DNA from: Bilabrum cf. latius
Taxonomy: Eukaryota
Assembly (NCBI GenBank): GCA_965178125.1
Contig: OZ237757.1
Span: forward strand, 1-64,000
Length of the DNA: 64,000 bases
Direction of reading: 5' to 3'
The position numbers were made by a program, and so were the translations under genes. Shown here piece after piece: positions 61,855-64,000 of this stretch (the stretch's first letter is position 1; each line of letters starts with the position of its first letter). Below the pieces are notes generated by a model. It saw nothing but the letters and a program-made list of their open reading frames with translations, did no database searches and was not told the origin of the DNA.

Positions 61855-62647
61855 ATGGCTGGTGCATCGGCCACAGAATCGAGCCAATCAGTTGAGAGCT
61901 CCAAGATTGAATTCAAGCAAGGTGAGTAAGCTCGCGGCCTCGCCGGAGTTCAGTGCTAATAGTAATGTGCGCCTACCAACCTGCCAATATAATACAGTAC
62001 ACATTATCGCTTCGTTTGCCATGTTGGCCTTCCGGCTCGTTACTGTGGCTGTGCCAGGTACTTCATCCCTTTGCCTGTGCACCGCAGAGAAGGACGACAG
62101 ACCGTTCGAATGCGAGGTCCACTATCTGGCATCGCCATTTGCGGTGTTTATGGCTATGACAGACCCCAGAGAGTAGGCTAGGGCCACGCGAGCTCCAGCT
62201 AAGCTGGAACGTGGCGGCAAAGCCACGTGGCCTCCAGCCGCTGGCGACGAGTGGGAGATGGGTGGCGGTCAGATGTGTGGGGTTTACTAGACTGTAGAGC
62301 TTATCTCTGATGATGACAAAGGAGAAGTTGCAGCAGGTCCTGTGAGCCGTGACGCAATTGATTCGTCTGGTGGAGTCAAATTTGAGCAAGCCTGGCGCAG
62401 CAAGTTCTGGGCCGACGGAAAGTACGCCCGCTTGACCATTTCGTGCGCTGCGGTTCCTTCCAAACCGGGGGAGTGCGTGATGCGTGCTCGCTTCGAGCAC
62501 GTGCCTGCGCGTGACAGGTACGACAACGACGCCTTCGCCCCGACGGTGGGCGCCTTCCAGCAGGGTTTCCTCAAGGGCATCCGGAATATAATCGGGTACG
62601 GGGTCAGCAAGGAGAGGGTCATCGATGATGGCACGGGGGGCAAGTGA
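61855..62647 (+). CDS. AHSA1/START-like domain protein (resembles the Aha1 C-terminal domain)
   Basis: Intron 61922-62087. YLASPFAVFMAMTD, TRAPA, WEMGGGQMCG, FEQAWRSKFWADGKYARLTI. TAGs at 62174 and 62288; ends at TGA. Confidence 0.65.
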
Positions 62648-62775
62648 ACAGCGTGCTCGGAGCGGTTGCAGCGAGCGACTCTTGGTTGCGAAAATCCGCG
62701 CGGAGCAAAGACAACATAAAAAGCACCGTGTCTAGCATGCACGCCACTCATTGGCATTACCACTCGTCACACTCA

Positions 62776-64000
62776 TCATCCCTGGTACCCATCACCCTCC
62801 CCATGCCAAGCACTCTGCTCCCCTTCTTCCCCGCTGCCCTCGCGCCCCTGCCCATTCCCCGCGCCAAGCCCCTCCCCCACGTGCAGCACGCCGTGCTCGC
62901 GGCCCCCACTGGCACGGGCCACGGCCAGCTCTGCCTTCTCCTCCTCCTCCACGCCTGCAGCCTCCTCATCGAGACGGTCCCTCGCCGCCGAACGGTCGTC
63001 AGAGAAGAAGAACATGTGCGGCCGCAGCGCTCGGTCCAGCAGGCTCCCGATGGTCGCGCTGGGCTCCGTGCGTCCCCTCGCCGGGAAGGGCCTCTCCATG
63101 AGCTCGGCCATGGGCGCCACGTGCCTGTACAGCTCCCTCCACCGCTTGAAGCTGCTCAGCCCGCGGGGAGGAGGGGGCATGCCCCTCTGCAGCGGCTTGG
63201 CCGGCATGTCTGCGGGCAGCTGCGTGTCAGTCGCGATGATGTTCCGGTTGTGAGGACCCAGGTGCGGCACTGCACCCCTCTCCCTGGGCGTCTTGGCGAG
63301 TGCCTGCAGGTAGGCAGCCGCGAAGTCCTTGTCGCTCACGAGATCCCTGAGCTCGCCCAGCCTCGACTTGGCCTCCTCGGGGATCAGGGCGTTGGTGGCT
63401 GCGAGTCGAGTGACGGCCCGCATGCCCAGCCCGGTGGACACGGCTGCAACCCCGGCGAAGTCTCTCAGCTGCTCGAGGACGATAGCGACAGACAGGAACC
63501 GCATCCACACGGCGGCACGGGCGGCGGGGGAGGGCGCGTGGACTATCTCGGCTGCCACCCAGAGGGCCTGGGCTGCGAACCGATCCACGCACCTGAGGCA
63601 CCCGTCATTCGTGTGCCGAAACCTGTCGCCGTCGAAGTCGGCCAGCAGCAGCTCGCGCACTGGAACTACTGCGTACGTTCTGTGGTCGAGCTGAGCCCAC
63701 GCGAGAGCGAGCTGCGCCACGGGCACCTGCAGCCACGAGTGGTACGCTTGCTGCTGCGAGGCACGGGGCGCTGATGCTACCTGGGCCTGGGGCTGGGGCT
63801 GGGGCTCCCGAAGGGCGGGCGAGGAGGACGAGGAAGCGGCAGCAGATGAGGAAGTGCCCGCCGAGGCCGGCACCGCTGCCCCCGGCCCCACGGCCACTGC
63901 CCTCCTCTGGTCCAGCACCCTCCGCGCTGCATGCCAGACCTCCCAGCTCCACCCAAGCGCACGCTGCAGCCTTCTCTTGAACACCCCTGCCGACCGCGAG
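62776..64000 (-). CDS. RasGEF (CDC25-homology) domain protein, 3' part; 5' end outside the window
   Basis: VDRFAAQALWVAAEIV, RAAVWMRFLSVA, LRDFAGVAAVSTGL..AVTRL..T, AVPHLG. Ends at TGA 62776. Confidence 0.85.
   Translation of the reverse strand, partial: SRSAGVFKRRLQRALGWSWEVWHAARRVLDQRRAVAVGPGAAVPASAGTSSSAAASSSSSPALREPQPQPQAQVASAPRASQQQAYHSWLQVPVAQLALAWAQLDHRTYAVVPVRELLLADFDGDRFRHTNDGCLRCVDRFAAQALWVAAEIVHAPSPAARAAVWMRFLSVAIVLEQLRDFAGVAAVSTGLGMRAVTRLAATNALIPEEAKSRLGELRDLVSDKDFAAAYLQALAKTPRERGAVPHLGPHNRNIIATDTQLPADMPAKPLQRGMPPPPRGLSSFKRWRELYRHVAPMAELMERPFPARGRTEPSATIGSLLDRALRPHMFFFSDDRSAARDRLDEEAAGVEEEEKAELAVARASGGREHGVLHVGEGLGAGNGQGREGSGEEGEQSAWHGEGDGYQG

Noticed and set aside
12991-62647. 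Reading the TAG-broken genes as pseudogenes or sequencing errors
   Set aside because: Interruptions are exclusively TAG, never TAA, TGA or frameshifts, and they hit essential genes such as UTP3. Random decay would not give this pattern.
286-62647. Pyrrolysine or selenocysteine-style recoding
   Set aside because: TAGs are numerous, mostly at variable or linker positions in unrelated proteins, and not at catalytic sites. Pyl is not known in eukaryotes, and TGA behaves as the main stop.

Overview
This is eukaryotic nuclear DNA from a compact, GC-rich genome, probably a protist. It has short GT-AG introns and TTAGGG-type telomere repeats. The lineage cannot be fixed from this window. Main result 1: the organism appears to use a non-standard nuclear genetic code in which UAG is a sense codon (most likely Gln) while UGA and UAA remain stops. 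Many ORF-track fragments join into single reading frames across in-frame TAGs, and conserved motifs lie downstream of them. No reconstructed gene needs TAA or TGA read-through. Main result 2: a perfect (CCCTAA)181 array at 11402-12487 is oriented like a left chromosome end, but at least 11.4 kb of extra DNA lies distal to it. That block holds an intronless ~2328-aa orphan ORF hidden by 13 TAGs, a divergent 512-aa basic/acidic ORF, a tRNA-derived Pol III-like unit and nine near-identical 155-bp repeats. It is a candidate telomere-attached mobile or viral element, but an assembly chimera is not excluded. From 12.99 to 64 kb lie about 24 tightly packed host genes. They include MTHFR, LMW-PTP, a GtaA-like hydrolase, SLC19- and SLC52-like transporters, UTP3/SAS10, DED1/DDX3, a GH5 exoglucanase, two divergent Vps62-like/CaaX paralogues, HAAO, RPL35, SEC61G, an AHSA1-like gene and a RasGEF. 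Family calls come from motifs recalled from memory; no searches were run.
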